Shown in pieces: positions 49,864 through 63,916 of a stretch of DNA of 64,000 nucleotides; positions within the stretch are counted from its first letter, which is position 1, and every line of letters begins with the position of its first letter. The notes under the pieces are model-generated. The model was not told the DNA's origin. It searched no databases and saw only the letters and a program-made list of their open reading frames with translations. This stretch comes from Octopus sinensis (Eukaryota), in NCBI RefSeq assembly GCF_006345805.1, contig NC_043008.1, forward strand, positions 37,696,001 to 37,760,000, read 5' to 3'. A program made the translations under genes and the position numbers.

Positions 49864-50300
49864 ATATACAATGGGCTTCTTTCAGTTTCCATCTACCAAA
49901 TCCACTCACAAAGCTTTGGTTGGCCTCAGGTTATAGTTGAAATGCATGCTCAAGGTGCCATGCAGTGGGACTGAACTCAGAACCATGTGGTTGGGAAGCA
50001 AGCTTCTAACTCCACAGCTACATATGTGCTTATCGCCATGTCTGTACCTATTTGGGATATGAACTAACATGGAATTTTAATGCCAGATTTCAATTTAGTC
50101 CATTTTAAAACAGAACATTAATATCAAAGAACCAAAGGCAGTTTCATATGGGTTGGTGTCAAAGGTGTTAATGTAAACAAGATTGTGGCTGAGTACTCCA
50201 CAGACACATGTACCCTGAATGTAATATACAATTCATCTGTTCTGCTTCTGTATGGTTTTCATCTACCCAGTTTCAATCACATAATTTAGGTCAGTGTAAT

Positions 50301-50680
50301 GCTATATTAGGAAAACAGACTCTTCCACTGAGATTGATCCTGGGGCCCGTGATCATGATGAGCAAGACAGTCAGTCACCGGCTAACACTCGCTGACGATA
50401 CATTGAAGAGGCCAGGGAACAGAAGAAAGAAGACATGCACCCAACACCAGAGCTGAAGACACCTCCGAAGGGGGGGGGGAGCACCACGTAAAAACGGTAG
50501 AGTAGGGGCCGAAACCGGATGTGGTTCCTCCTGATGATGTCTTGAGATAACTGGATCCTATAAAGGAGCTGTTGTGATAGCAGACCACGAAACATGGTTG
50601 TAATTCCCCCAGTCTAAAGCTATATTAGGAAAACAGACTCTTCATCTGAGATTGATCCTCGGGCCCGTGCTCATGATGAG
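50301..50680 (+). mobile_element. GC-rich element bounded by 62-bp direct repeats (Penelope pLTR/retrozyme-like)
   Basis: gctatattaggaaaacagactcttc..ctgagattgatcct.gggcccgtg.tcatgatgag at 50301-50362 and 50619-50680; interior has CTGANGA and CGAAAC words. Confidence 0.55.
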
Positions 50681-53139
50681 GATGCTGATTACTGCTATGT
50701 AGAGAGAAATGGTAAGAGAAGATTCAAGTACCTAGACCTAGACGTTTGCTTCTGTAGGTAGAAACCTGCAACCAACTATGGTACTTATTTATAAATTGGT
50801 TGACTGAGCCAGTGAAAGAGAAGTAACTTTAGACATTAATTGTGACATACAAACCATTATGAAATCCTTATTCCTACAACCCATTGCTTACCCATTCTAA
50901 TACTAGGGAACTAACAGAATTAATAGAATGAAACCATCAAATTGAGCGATAATTTGATTATATAGAATGCCAATTTCCAATATCTACCTGCTTATTGACA
51001 TACAGAAATCTTCTCACCTGAAGACATGTTCAAATTACAATCAAAATAACTGAATGTGCCTCTTTGCAGTGGGGCACAAGTGACTCTCTTTGCAGTGGGG
51101 CTCAAGTAACATATTTCATTGTATTCTGATATGAGTGCTGAGAAAATAGGAACAATTCAAGATATGTCCAGCAATGAACGAAATTTTTTTTATTTAATTT
51201 GTACATTAAAAAATAATATATTATATAGATTATGAAGTTATTATTAGTTGTACTCTGACTTGCTCCATATTATTGCTATCTTTTCTGTATAATTTCATTG
51301 TTTTACTCATACACACTCCAACATCCCAACATGTACGCAGACACACACACACATACTCATATATGTATGTGTGTTTATATGTGTATATAAATATATGTGT
51401 GTATGTGTATATATATATATATATTGTTGAACTGTTAATCCCTAAACATTTTGTTTCTCTCACTGTATTTTTTCTGTTTTCTCGCCATTTTTTCCTCTCA
51501 ATCTTTTCTGTCAAAAAGCATAGGCTCAAAGCATCAAAGTATTTATATATATATTTATATATATCGTCATCATCATCATCGTCATTATCATTATTATCCT
51601 CATCATCATTTAACATATCCATTTTCCGTGTGCTAGCATGGGTTGGACAATTTGACAGAAGCTGGAAAACCCAAGAGGTGCACCAGGTTCCATAAGCTGT
51701 TTTGGCATGGTTTCTATGGCTGGATGCCCTTCCTAATGCCAACCACATTAAAGAGTATACTGTGTGCTTCTTTTTACGTGACACCAGCATATATACACAC
51801 ATTCAGCTGAAAGTAGAGCTGATGACTGATGAATCCTCATCATCATTTAACATCTGCTTCCCACGCAGGTGTCTGTTGGATGGTTTGACTGGATCTGATG
51901 AGCTGCAAGGCAGTGGTCAGCTCTAGAGTCAGTTATGGTATGGCTTCGAAGGCTGGATGCCTTTCTAGATGCTGACCATTTTACAGAATGTATTGAATGC
52001 CTTTTCCATGCAACTGGCATTTGTGAGGTTGCTAGGTAAACTTGCATGGCAGAATAAAGAAACGGGGATAAACAGTGGCCCCAAAATAAAACTAAATTAT
52101 ATTTATCTGCCACAAAGAATTGTAATTCGGTAGCATGTGTGCTTTCCTTATGCTAATTGCTTTATGTGCTTATGCAGTTGCAAGCGAATATAAACACCAG
52201 GGGCATGCAGTGATCTTCCTGGCTGGGGAAGCAATGACCAAAATTTTCTGTTGCATAGATGTTTGAATCAAATTAACATGTTCATATTATACAGCTATTT
52301 TTAAAATTTAAAAAAAATCACATTTTATATTAAGGGTGTTCTGTAATTTAAAAAAGTTTAAAAACAGAAAACTAAATGTGTGTTATCTTTTCACCATTTA
52401 TCTGATGGAAGCAGAATGTCAACTTGCTTCCCTTTTCCTATGTAAGTGTTACATAACAATGTAAGATTATATATATCATAGGTATTGCGAATTGACAGAA
52501 ACTTAATCTAAGCATACAAGTATTTAATAGCAATAAAAAAACTATTCATTATCAGCTTTTACGAGAAAAAAATTCTTTGTGGCATTTTTATCGGAAAAAA
52601 TATTAAAATATTACACCTGAAATGGATGCAACAGCTCATGTTGCTTCCTTTGCACAGATTTTTTTTTGTGCCATCTGTCACTGCTTGTCATCTCATGATA
52701 ATTCCAAGAATAAAAGTCTGAAACCTATGATGTCATGTAGTTTATATTGATTTTACAGAACATTAGAAGAATGATCTTATGAAAAATAAGTAATATAGTT
52801 TCAATACCATTTCTATAATTTTTAAGGGAAGCTTCCATGGACTGCATGCCTATGATAAATACTCCCTTGGTCCTCTCAATTTTGTCCAAATAAAATATCC
52901 GACATCAACATGTGAGAACTCGAGAGAGCTGTGCTGGCATTGGTATTCATTTTCCATTGAATAACATTGTGCAATGAGGTTCCTTACTTAAGCAGACAAT
53001 AAATAATGTTGCTCTTAGTTCAAGTATTGAACCTGTCACCTTTATCAGTACAAACCCAACTTTCTAACCACTCAGCCACGCGCCTTCACAGTGTTAGTGG
53101 TAAGAAGTAAACATTTGAGAATTAAGATGCATGATGCTA

Positions 53140-53366
53140 GAGCTGCATCTAGAGATGTTGGTGGTGGTGACGGCAGCAGTGGCGGTAGTGGGGGCAGTGG
53201 TAGGGGTGGTGTTGGCGGCGATAATAGGAGTGGTTATGGTGGTAGTGGTGGTGGTGACAGGATGGTGGTAATAGTGGTGGTGGTGGCGATGCTGGTGATG
53301 GCAGTGATTGTTGAGGCTGTGATCACAGTAGTGGTGTTGGTGGTGATGATGATTATGCTGCAGCTA

Positions 53367-53401
<35 letters not shown>

Positions 53402-53460
53402 GGTGGCGGTGGTGGTGGTGGTGGTGGTGGTGATGATGATGATGATGATGATGATATTAA
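53140..53460. repeat. Compound (GGT)/(GAT) trinucleotide tract
   Basis: Direct reading. Confidence 0.9.
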
Positions 53461-53799
53461 GTAAATTAATGAGGGCAGAATGCTGTATCCTGTTTCAAAA
53501 CTCAGTGCTTGTAATCAATTTATAAAATTCGAATGTTCAATACATTAAATATGTTAACACTTAACTTAACTATTGATTTTCATGTGAATTGTGGCAGATC
53601 TGTGTTATTTATTCTGAAAATAATTATATTTTTCTATGCCAACCAGTGTGCAGAGAGTCTTGTACATTTACTTGGTGATTCTTTCAATACTATCAGCAAA
53701 TCTGGTGAAGTGTATGTTGTGCCGATAAGTCCATAATATGACTAAAACATGTCTATACTTTTCTCCCATCCTTAGTGAAATAATTAAAATATTATTGGT

Positions 53800-54010
53800 C
53801 TTAAATTTCAGCACAAGGCCAGTAGTTCTGGAAGGGAGGTAACTCAGTTAGATTGATTCCAGTGCTCAACTGGTATTTGTTTTTTTGAGTCTGAAAAGAT
53901 AAAAGTCAAAGCTAACCCTGGCAAAATTTGAACTCAGAATGTAAAGACAGACGAAATACCACTAAGCATCTTGCCTCATGTGCTAACAACTCTGCCAGCT
54001 GGCTGCCTTA
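53800..54010 (-). mobile_element. SINE family B
   Basis: Reverse match ending ctgccagctggctgccttaa. Confidence 0.8.
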
Positions 54011-54162
54011 ATAATTAAAGTAATATTAATCATTGATTAATATCGTGTTTTGTTTTCTCTCACCACGTAATTATTTCAATGCTCCCCGAATAAGTTTAAT
54101 GCTAAATCTATACAAGCCAGGGCCCTCAAGAAAGATTTGGCAAAGCAGAAACAAAACTGTTT

Positions 54163-54552
54163 CTGCAAACGTTAGCACACCGGATGAAATGCTTAGCGGT
54201 ATTTTGTCTGCCGCCACGTTCTGAGTTCAAATTCCGCGGAGGTCGACTTTGCATTTCATCCTTTCGGGGTCTATTAAATAAGTACCAATTACGTGCTGAG
54301 GTCGATATAATCGACTTAATCCATTTGTCTGTCCTTGTTTGTCCTCTCTGTATTTAGCCCCTTGTGGGTAGTAAAGAAATAAGTATTTTTCTTTATGTTC
54401 TAAGTTCAAATTCTGCCAAGGTCGACTTTACCTTTTGGAGTCGATAAATTAAGTACCAGTTACGCACTGGGGTCGATGTTATCGACTTAATCCGTTTGTC
54501 TGTCCTTGTTTGTCCCCTCTGTGTTTAGTCCCTTGTGGGCAATAAAGAAATA
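54163..54552 (+). mobile_element. SINE family B dimer bounded by a 16-bp TSD
   Basis: agaaacaaaactgttt at 54147-54162 and 54553-54568; two body units inside. Confidence 0.88.
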
Positions 54553-56074
54553 AGAAACAAAACTGTTTACATTGGTCTCCAGTGGATTTCTCTTGAAATT
54601 AAAGGCAGCCAATACTTTTCTCCTTTTTGTTTTATGGAAGGGCCCATCTATTAGCTGCAAGTCTACAGATTCCTCCTTGGATTTAGTTCCACTGTCTGGC
54701 ATTTTGTGAATGTGTCTTCTATCGTTGTAAACCAACCGAATCCTTGTCAATAAATTTGGTAGAGAGAAACCCTTTGTATATGGGTGTGTATGAATGTGTT
54801 GTTGTGTGTATGTGTGTGTGTGTTTACATAAGCTATCGACAAAATTTATCAGTTATGAGTGCCTTTTTTGTTGTCACTTCTGTCAACAAATCAGGTGTTT
54901 ATTCTGAACCTTGAAGTATATGTGAAATGAGAGACTCTTTACTTGATCAACAGGTAAGGGTTAGTGACCAGAAATGGCATTCGGCCATATAAATATTTCC
55001 TCAATAATACATACCTCTAACCCATACTAGCGTGGGAAAATAGACATAAAAGAAATTAAGGTATAAACTTCCTCATTCGGCAAACCCAGGAGGGAACCAG
55101 TTTCGTCAATGCCAATAAATACCTGACTTGTTTACAGAAGTGGCAACTAAGAAGGCACTCATAGCTAGGCCCTGTATGCCACTAGGCATTTCACCCAGTG
55201 TGCTAATGATTTTGTCAGCTTGCTACCTTAGGGGTGTATGAAATATTGATGTACATTTATCTGCTTTATCCTAATAAGACACAGCCCTGGTTTAACCTTA
55301 TACATGCAAACACACATCTTATTTCTAAAAATTAGCCTCTTCAGCTGCTGTAGGAGTGTCTAAGTCAAGCATGGGCAACATTATTTGAAAAGTAGGCCCC
55401 ATGAAACTTGGTTCATCATCAAATGGTCTGCACCACTAAAAAATATTCAAAGTAACTTTTCATTAGTGCACCATTCAGAAAGTCCTGTAGTCTAAAGTTT
55501 GACCATGACTGCACTGAGTAGTCAGTCGTCCTGCTAGAAACAGCAGTCAAATATTCCTAAACTCAATTCTTACGATCTTAAACATGTCAGTACTTTAGAT
55601 ACTCATGGATATACTAAATCTAGAAATAAATCTGAACAGTTACAGCCAGAATGCTTTTACTCACAGAGAAGCTCCATCAGAAATAATTCGGGGCTAAATA
55701 TTATCAATGCTAATAGTTGTCCTTCTTTTACGAAAAATGATAGATGTTTAGGAAATGTATTTGGTTAACAAAAAAATAAGAGAAAAAAATTGAAAAAAAT
55801 TAATAGTTTTGTTGCTGCCAAAATACCACTCCCTCTGCGGTATCTCATGGTTAAACATATTAACTTGATGAATGGTTAAATATATTCACTTAATGAAAGA
55901 AAGAATGACTAAATTTATCACCAGTGATGAGTAATATAAGCAGATGTATCAATGTGCATCTTAGAAAATAATGATTAATAACCCCCCTCACACGTGTGTG
56001 TGCAAATGTGTGTATATGTGTGTTTTTACAAAAATGTATACATACATGTATACAATATATATCATGTGTGTGTG

Positions 56075-56140
<66 letters not shown>

Positions 56141-56271
56141 AGTATTATATATACGTGTATATATAATACATATATATATTATATATATATATATATAACA
56201 TACATAAATATATATGCATATACACACACACATATATATATATACGTGTGTGTGTGTGTATACATACATTC

Positions 56272-56302
<31 letters not shown>

Positions 56303-57383
56303 CACATACATTCACACATATTCACACATACATATAAGCAACAATGATGATGATAATGATGATGATGATGATGCACAAGTATTGTGTAAATTAATGCTAA
56401 ATCTATTCACCAATGAGTGACCAGATTGCTGAATTTAGTTATAACTGAATTAAAGATGGTAAGCAACATCTCTTCAGAGTATTGTTTTCTCTATAAATCA
56501 TAGTTAAAGATTTTTATCTCAATATCTCAATTGCTTTTTTTTTATATATATATAGATTTTATGTACACATTGGATTCACAATATTTGGACATTATAATAT
56601 AATAATGGATAATGATTAAATTAATTAGTTCAGCAAAACCTAATCTAAAGAGAAAATAACTTATCGGAATATCTAAAGAAACATTCACTCTCTGAGACAA
56701 CCACACCTGGGGTATTCTACCTAAAGCTGCTAGGTCATTGTCTGTGCTTTTTTTATGGGTTTGATCATCTATTTCTGCTAAAATCCTTTGTGATCCTTAG
56801 AAATTTACAATTTTATTCCAATCAGTATCGTGTAAGCTAGCTGTGCTTAGATTAAGTACGGACAACATTTTTTTGAGAAGCAGGTCTCATGAGACATGGC
56901 TTATCATCAAACAGGCTGTGCTACTAAAAACATGAAAAGTAATGAATTCTTCATTAAGTGTGCCATTCAGAAAGTCGTGTGGGCCCCTGTTTGTCCATGA
57001 CTCATTTAAACCTTCTTATTCTTTCTTTCCGATTTTTTAATAGCTTACCAAGCAGAATTACATAAGCTAACAATGTGCCAAAAGGAAAGCCACTAAGTGG
57101 TTATTGAATCTGTTAGAAACACCAACCAAATCTCTCTTGAATCATGCCCTACTGTCTTAAACAAAAAAGACATATTTGATAATTTGATCTTAAATAATCT
57201 GGCTTGGAATGAGATGGAAGAGTCATGGCTGGAATTTGATCAATCATAGGTCAAGGGAACCAGAGCAGACCTGGTACCAAGCAAGAAGACTCAATGATGA
57301 GTAACTTTAGCTGCAAAATGTCTGTCAAATCAAATGCCTGACTCAAAACCAGGAGAGACACTCTAGACACTGGTTATTGTTGG

Positions 57384-57793
57384 GGATCTTTTTGGTTTGA
57401 ACGGCTGTTTTTTCTAGCAGTGTCATATGAAATTGTCACCCATAATTATGACCCTAGTATCGATCTATTGCATTTCAATCTATTTTAGGGTTAGGGGTGG
57501 GGGGAAGGGTATCTTTTTTTCTTCACAAATGTAAATAAACTCAATCTGTTTCTTAAACGAGGGACATTTTCATACAGCACAGAATGTTGTTTACCTCAAT
57601 GGACGTTAATGATTGGTTGAAATTGTAGAAATCGAAGAAAAAAACAACAAATATTTTACAAACTATAGAATTTTCTCAATAAAGCCAAGAGAAAAAGATG
57701 TTTTGTAAACACATTCTACCAGTATACAAAATTTAAAACTTTTTAGTTACCTAGAAATTATGTTAAAAACTGCCGTTCAAACCGAAAAGATCC
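57384..57793. mobile_element. 410-bp non-autonomous DNA transposon with ~29-bp TIRs and 8-bp TSD (hAT- or Merlin-type)
   Basis: ggatctttttggtttgaacggctgttttt / aaaaactgccgttcaaaccgaaaagatcc; flanks attgttgg and atggttgg (7/8). Confidence 0.85.
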
Positions 57794-58153
57794 ATGGTTG
57801 GAATGTCTTTGATAATAGGGTTGCCCAATCATAGTTTTCTTAGGTCTGAGCAAAACAAAATATCAAACTCCTATGTTTGTTGTTTACTGAGCATTAAATA
57901 CTTAAGGCAACAAGGAAAGAGAACCAAACCCATTCAGAAAGGTTATAATAAAATTAAAGAATTACATAATTAAAATATAATAATATAATGCTCCTGTTGT
58001 TTCTATATGCTATAATCATTGTTTGATAATAAATTATCAGCATAAAAAAGTGTAATGTTAGAATAAGCATGAAAAGGAAAGAATTCATTAAATTGAGTTT
58101 GATTTTTAATGTATTATCAAAACTTGTAATTATTTGAAAAAATATTGTAAATA

Positions 58154-58570
58154 TAGGTGCAGGAGTGGCTGTGTAGTAAGTAGCTTGCTTACGAACCACA
58201 TAGTTCCGGGTTCAGTCCCACTGCATATATCTTGGGCAAGTGTCTTCTACTATAGCCTCGGACCGACCAAGGCCTTGTGAGTGGATTTGGTAGATGGGAA
58301 CTGAAAAGAAGCCCATTGTATATATGTATATATATATATAGTTGTGTGTGTGTGTATATGTTTGTGTGTCTGTGTTTGTCCCCCAACATCGCTTGACAAC
58401 CGATGCTGGTGTGTTTATGTCCCCATAACTTAGCAATTCAGCAAAAGAGACCAATAGAATAAGTACGAGGCTTCCAAAGAATAAGTCCTGCGGTTGATTC
58501 GCTCAACTTAAGGCGGTGCTCTAGCATGGCCACAGTCACATGACTGAAACAAGGAAAAGAGTAAAAGAGA
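58154..58570 (+). mobile_element. SINE family A, full length
   Basis: Homologous to 5231-5610. Confidence 0.9.
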
Positions 58571-58906
58571 GAGAAAAAGAGTATATATATAGGTGTACAT
58601 TATAAGCTTTAATTGCAAGTTATTTCCCTCCTGTATGGTTTGAGAACCACATCTCACTAATACATAACATTATAAGTATACTTTCTACAACTATAGGCCC
58701 CTCCTTTTACCAAGTATTTTATAGAGTGTACTGGCTATATTTTATCATAGAACCAACACTAGTGAAGATGTCTTATCACCACTATGACTAAAGAGTTCCA
58801 TCTTACTTTGTCTCCATTTCTTCATCATCCACTTAACTTAGTATCCTGAGTACAATTCATCAATGCATCAGCACTAGACAAGTTGTCTTGTTTTTGGTAA
58901 GATTAA

Positions 58907-59127
58907 CTCTTTCATTACTGTATTTATTTTGAGATGCTCTGTGTTTCTTTTAATTGCTTTAAATATAACAAAGAATTTAGTAAAATAACTAAGTTATCAT
59001 TCAGCTAGTGTTAGGAACATAAATTGTGACTAAGGTTTGGTGGAAGATTTTAATTCAAAACTTATGAAAACAAGGCATTTATACTACAGAGCCAGAGCTG
59101 GTTTCAGCCAGGTTGGTAACGAAAGGG
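58907..59127. mobile_element. Third copy of the 221-bp piggyBac-type MITE
   Basis: TTAA at 58903-58906 and 59128-59131; body matches 48074-48294. Confidence 0.88.
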
Positions 59128-59609
59128 TTAAATAGCCCCTTCTATCTTAGGTTGTTTCTGTTCATTCACCAACGCCAGAGGGTTACCTCATTCCTCTGGC
59201 AGGCTGAAGAAAAAGTGATAAAAACAGTAACCTGTTTGAAGAGTATGAGAGAGGGGGGAGTAAGAGGAGAGGCAGAATGACAGATAATGATTGCATAGGG
59301 AGAGTTGTTACCAAATTTGGATGGAAAATAGTATAAATGCAAGAGAGAGATGTGGGAGAGATAGAGTGATGAAAGAGAGAACACAGAATGTGAAAGAGTG
59401 ATGGCAAAGACAGAGTTGCAGAGAAGGAAGGAAAGAGTGAAAGAGGAGTCAATAATGAATGGTAGAGTTTGAAGTAAGGTGCAAGATAGAGATGATAAAG
59501 AGTACTAGTAAGACTGTAAGAGTAACACATATGAATAATGAGTGACAGGAAAGAGAGAAATGATAGAGGAAAATGTGCAAGAGATAGGGTGGTAGTAAGG
59601 ACAGACATT

Positions 59610-60219
59610 CGTTTCTACTCTAGGCACATGACCTGAAATTTTTGGTGGGGCAGTCGATTAGATTGGCCCCAGTGCACAACTGGTACTTTATTTATTGACT
59701 CCAAAAGGATGAAAGGCAAAGTCAACCTTAGTGAAATTTGAACTCAGAACAAAAAGACAGATCAAATACTGCTAAGTATTTCACCCGGTGTACTAACGTT
59801 TCTTACTTCTTGATTGCCCAGAAAGGGCTAAACATAGAGGGGACAAACAAGGACAGAAAGAAGGATTAAGTCGATTACATTAACCCCAGTGTGTAACTGG
59901 TACTTAATTTATCGCCCCTGAAAGGATGAAAGGTAAAGTCGACCTTGGCGAAATTTGAACTCAGAACATAATGGCAAATGAAATACCAATTTCTTTACTA
60001 CCCACAAGGGGCTAAACATTGAGGGGACAAACAAGGACAGACAGACGGATTAAGTCGATTATATCAACCCCAGTGCGTAACTAGTACTTATTTAATTGAC
60101 TCCGAAAGGAGGAAAGGCAAAGTCGACCTCGGCGGAATTTGAACTCAGAATGTAAAGACAGATGAAATACCGCTAAGCATTTCGCCCGGCGTACTAACGT
60201 TTCTGCCAGCTCACTGTTT
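59610..60219 (-). mobile_element. SINE family B trimer bounded by a 17-bp TSD
   Basis: tagtaaggacagacatt (59593-59609) and tagtaaggacacacatt (60220-60236); three body units inside. Confidence 0.88.
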
Positions 60220-61151
60220 TAGTAAGGACACACATTGATAAAAGAATGTGGCTGAGTTTTAGATAAAAGTATAATAAAACGAAAAATGAGAAAAGCACTA
60301 AATGGGAACTTATAATGCACATAAAATGGCTAGAAGAGGCCAAAGTGTAAATGATTATACAGCTTATCACCACCACTACCACCACCACCACACCATCACA
60401 ATAATTTTACTTATGTTTATGTTTTTGCATGGGATTATGGGATCTCTCTCCAACAAATTGTCTTGAGTCACAGTTATTTGTCCCATTCTTATAAATTTCA
60501 ACATCTTGACATCAGTTTCACTACACCTTTCTACAATTAACTTGGTCTCTGTCCCTTCCACATGTTACATCAGCTTGAAGCATTCAATAATTCTTTATAC
60601 ACCTGAATTCCTCCATATGCGGTCAGTGCCAATACCAGAATTTTTTTTCTCTGGTCCAACCCATGCTAGCATGGAAAACAGACCTTAAACGATGATGATG
60701 ATGATGACATTACATCTGATCCTTTTAATATTCAGTTTTTCTTTCACCTCCTTTCGGTTCCTTTGTTTTATGCACATCAAGTAGACAATATTCACCTTGT
60801 TTTGCCTTTTGAATCTGCACGGATTCAAAGCATTAAAAAAATCTGCATTTTGTTGCCATGCAGCATTACACATCGTACTTCAAGCTTCATACAGTCTAGC
60901 CATCAATGAGGTGTGTGTGTGTGTGTTGGGGGGGGGGAGGCGATGCTACAGTTCAGAGTTGAAACACCAAATGATCATAAGACACCATCTCCTGACGTCA
61001 TGTCCTCCTGTTCAAGGCTACATAAACACACACACACACAGAGGCACACATATATACACACAAATACATATATATCTATATGTTTATAAATCTCTCTCTC
61101 TCTCTATATCTATATATATATATATATAGTATGTATGTATGTATGTGTATC

Positions 61152-61435
61152 GTTCATCATCATCATCATCGTTTAGCATCCGCTTTCCATGCTGGCATGG
61201 GTTGGACGGTTCAACTGGGGTCTGGGAAGCCAGAAGGCTGCACCAGGCCCAGTCTGATCTGGCAGTGTTTCTACAGCTGGATGCCCTTCCTAACGCCAAC
61301 CACTCCGTGAGTGTAGTGGGTGCTTTTTACGTGCCAGACGAAGCTGGCAACAGCCATGGTCGGATGGTGCTTTTTACGTGCCACTGGCACAGGGGCCAGT
61401 CGGCCGGCGCTGGCTACGGCCACATTTGGATGGTT
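61152..61435 (-). mobile_element. RTE 3' UTR/tail copy
   Basis: Close match to 9420-9580 plus minisatellite-like blocks. Confidence 0.88.
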
Positions 61436-61694
61436 ATGTATATATAAATGTATATATGTGCATATATATGTATGTAAGTATATATATATATGTATGCATA
61501 TATATGTATATATGTATGTATATATATATACTTACATACATATATATGCACATACATACATTTATATATACATATATATATATTTATATATGCATGTATG
61601 TATATATGCATGTATGTATATATACGTATATGTGTATATATATGTATGTGTGTATATATATATATATATATACACGTATGTATGTATGTATATA

Positions 61695-61760
<66 letters not shown>

Positions 61761-62793
61761 TATCTACTGAAAATATACATAAAATAACATAACACATAAA
61801 ATACATTTTTCTCGATCAAGCAATTCATGAAACCTCATCGTACAAACTAGTTAACCATGAATACAGACTATCCTGCTAAATAGATATATATTTTGTAGTT
61901 TGGTGGGGAGGCAGGGGTTTGGGCCAAGGGGTTAAAACAAGGCCACACCCACACATACACACACATGCACACACACACACACATGCATGCACATATACAT
62001 ACATACATGCACATATACTTACATACATATATGTACATATGCACAAATCAGTGTGTGTTTGTATGTGCATTCTGTGATATATATATATACTTATATACAT
62101 ACATACATACATATACTTATACATACATCTGTGTGTGTATATATGCATGTATTATGTTTTTATATGATATACATACATTATTAGTCATTTTATTAGTTGT
62201 AATCCAAAGTTCATTTTGTAGTTTTTTCTTAGATGAGAGTTCTGGAGACAGGAGAAACAAACCTTCAAACATAATAAAATTTATAGTTTTTCACTTCACT
62301 GACCCATGTTATTTTATAGGCAGCTTATCTGAATTAAAACCAACATAAAAACTTGGCATTCAGACAAATCCCCAACTTTAAAACCCAGTCTTAAAAGATA
62401 AAAGCATGTCACTGCTGACTGGTCTTGGAGACTTTGAATGTTTGTGTGCGTGTCTGTATAAACAAACAAACAAATATTAGTGTGTGTATGTGTGTGTGCA
62501 TGTGTAAGTGCGTGTGTATGTGTAAGTGCGTGTGTATGAGTGTGTGTAGTGTAAGTCCATGGGTGTGAGAGTAGCAAGAAAAATATGTAGAAGAAAATAG
62601 AATACATATATAAAAAAACATGATGAGTACCATGACAAAAAGAGCAAATGCTATTTCAATATGTGTGTGCGTATATGTATGAGTATGTATCTATCTATAA
62701 ATCTGTGTATATATATATATATGTGTGTGTGTATTAATATATATTTGTATATGTATACACACATATATATATATGCATGTATGTATGTGTGTA

Positions 62794-62848
<55 letters not shown>

Positions 62849-63875
62849 ATATATACATGTATATATATATATATTGAGAGAGAGAGAGAGAGATACATAG
62901 ATAGATAGATATAGAAATAGGTATATACATACTTTCACACACGCACACACACACACTTATATATATACACATACATGCATATACAAACATACACACATAC
63001 ATGTATATACATATGTATGTGTATATATATATATGTATATATATACATATGTATATATTTATATGTATATAAGTATACATATATATATATATATTAAATA
63101 CATAAATATATGTGTGTGCATATATGTATACATATGTGTATACATATATATAAATATATTGATATATATGTATAAATATAAATAGCTATAGATAGATAAA
63201 TCGATAGATAGATAGATAGTTAGACAGATAAACAGACAGACAAACAGAGACAGATAAAATGGATAGATAGACAGACAGACAGGCACACAGGCAGACAGAC
63301 AGACATGTCTGTACGTCTGCTTTTCTCTTTGTATGTCTGTTTGTGCATCTGTATGTCAGTATGTATATATGTATGTATCAATACACACGCACACAGACAC
63401 ACACACAAGCACATACAGGATATGGAGAAAAACATGTGTGTGCGTGAATATTAGATGCTTAAATGTATGTTTATGTGTATTTATATAAACATTTATTTCA
63501 TTTTTATATTTTGGTAAAAGTTATAAAAACAATATATTCCTTCTCTTTTGTTTATATCAGACCTTTTCTCTTCATGTCGTTCTTCTTAATAAATTCAATA
63601 TTATATTTGTGGAAGAGTTTGTGCTATGTATGAACTATGTGAGTGTAGGTGTACATGCATACATACAAACACACACATATTTTTACATATATATATATAG
63701 ATATATATATCTATACATATATACATATATTCACATATTTGCATATATGTATGCATATATACATGTATATATATATATATGTATATACATGTATATATAT
63801 GCATATATACACACATATATATATATGCATGTATGTATGTGTGTATATCTATCTATCTATCTATATATATACATG

Positions 63876-63916
<41 letters not shown>

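Noticed and set aside
54487-54750. 87-aa minus-strand ORF MTRIRLVYND...
   Set aside because: It runs into SINE sequence, has no recognised domain, and has weak splice signals.
57484-57503. Telomeric TTAGGG repeat
   Set aside because: Only about two units, inside a TIR element; not a telomere or interstitial array.
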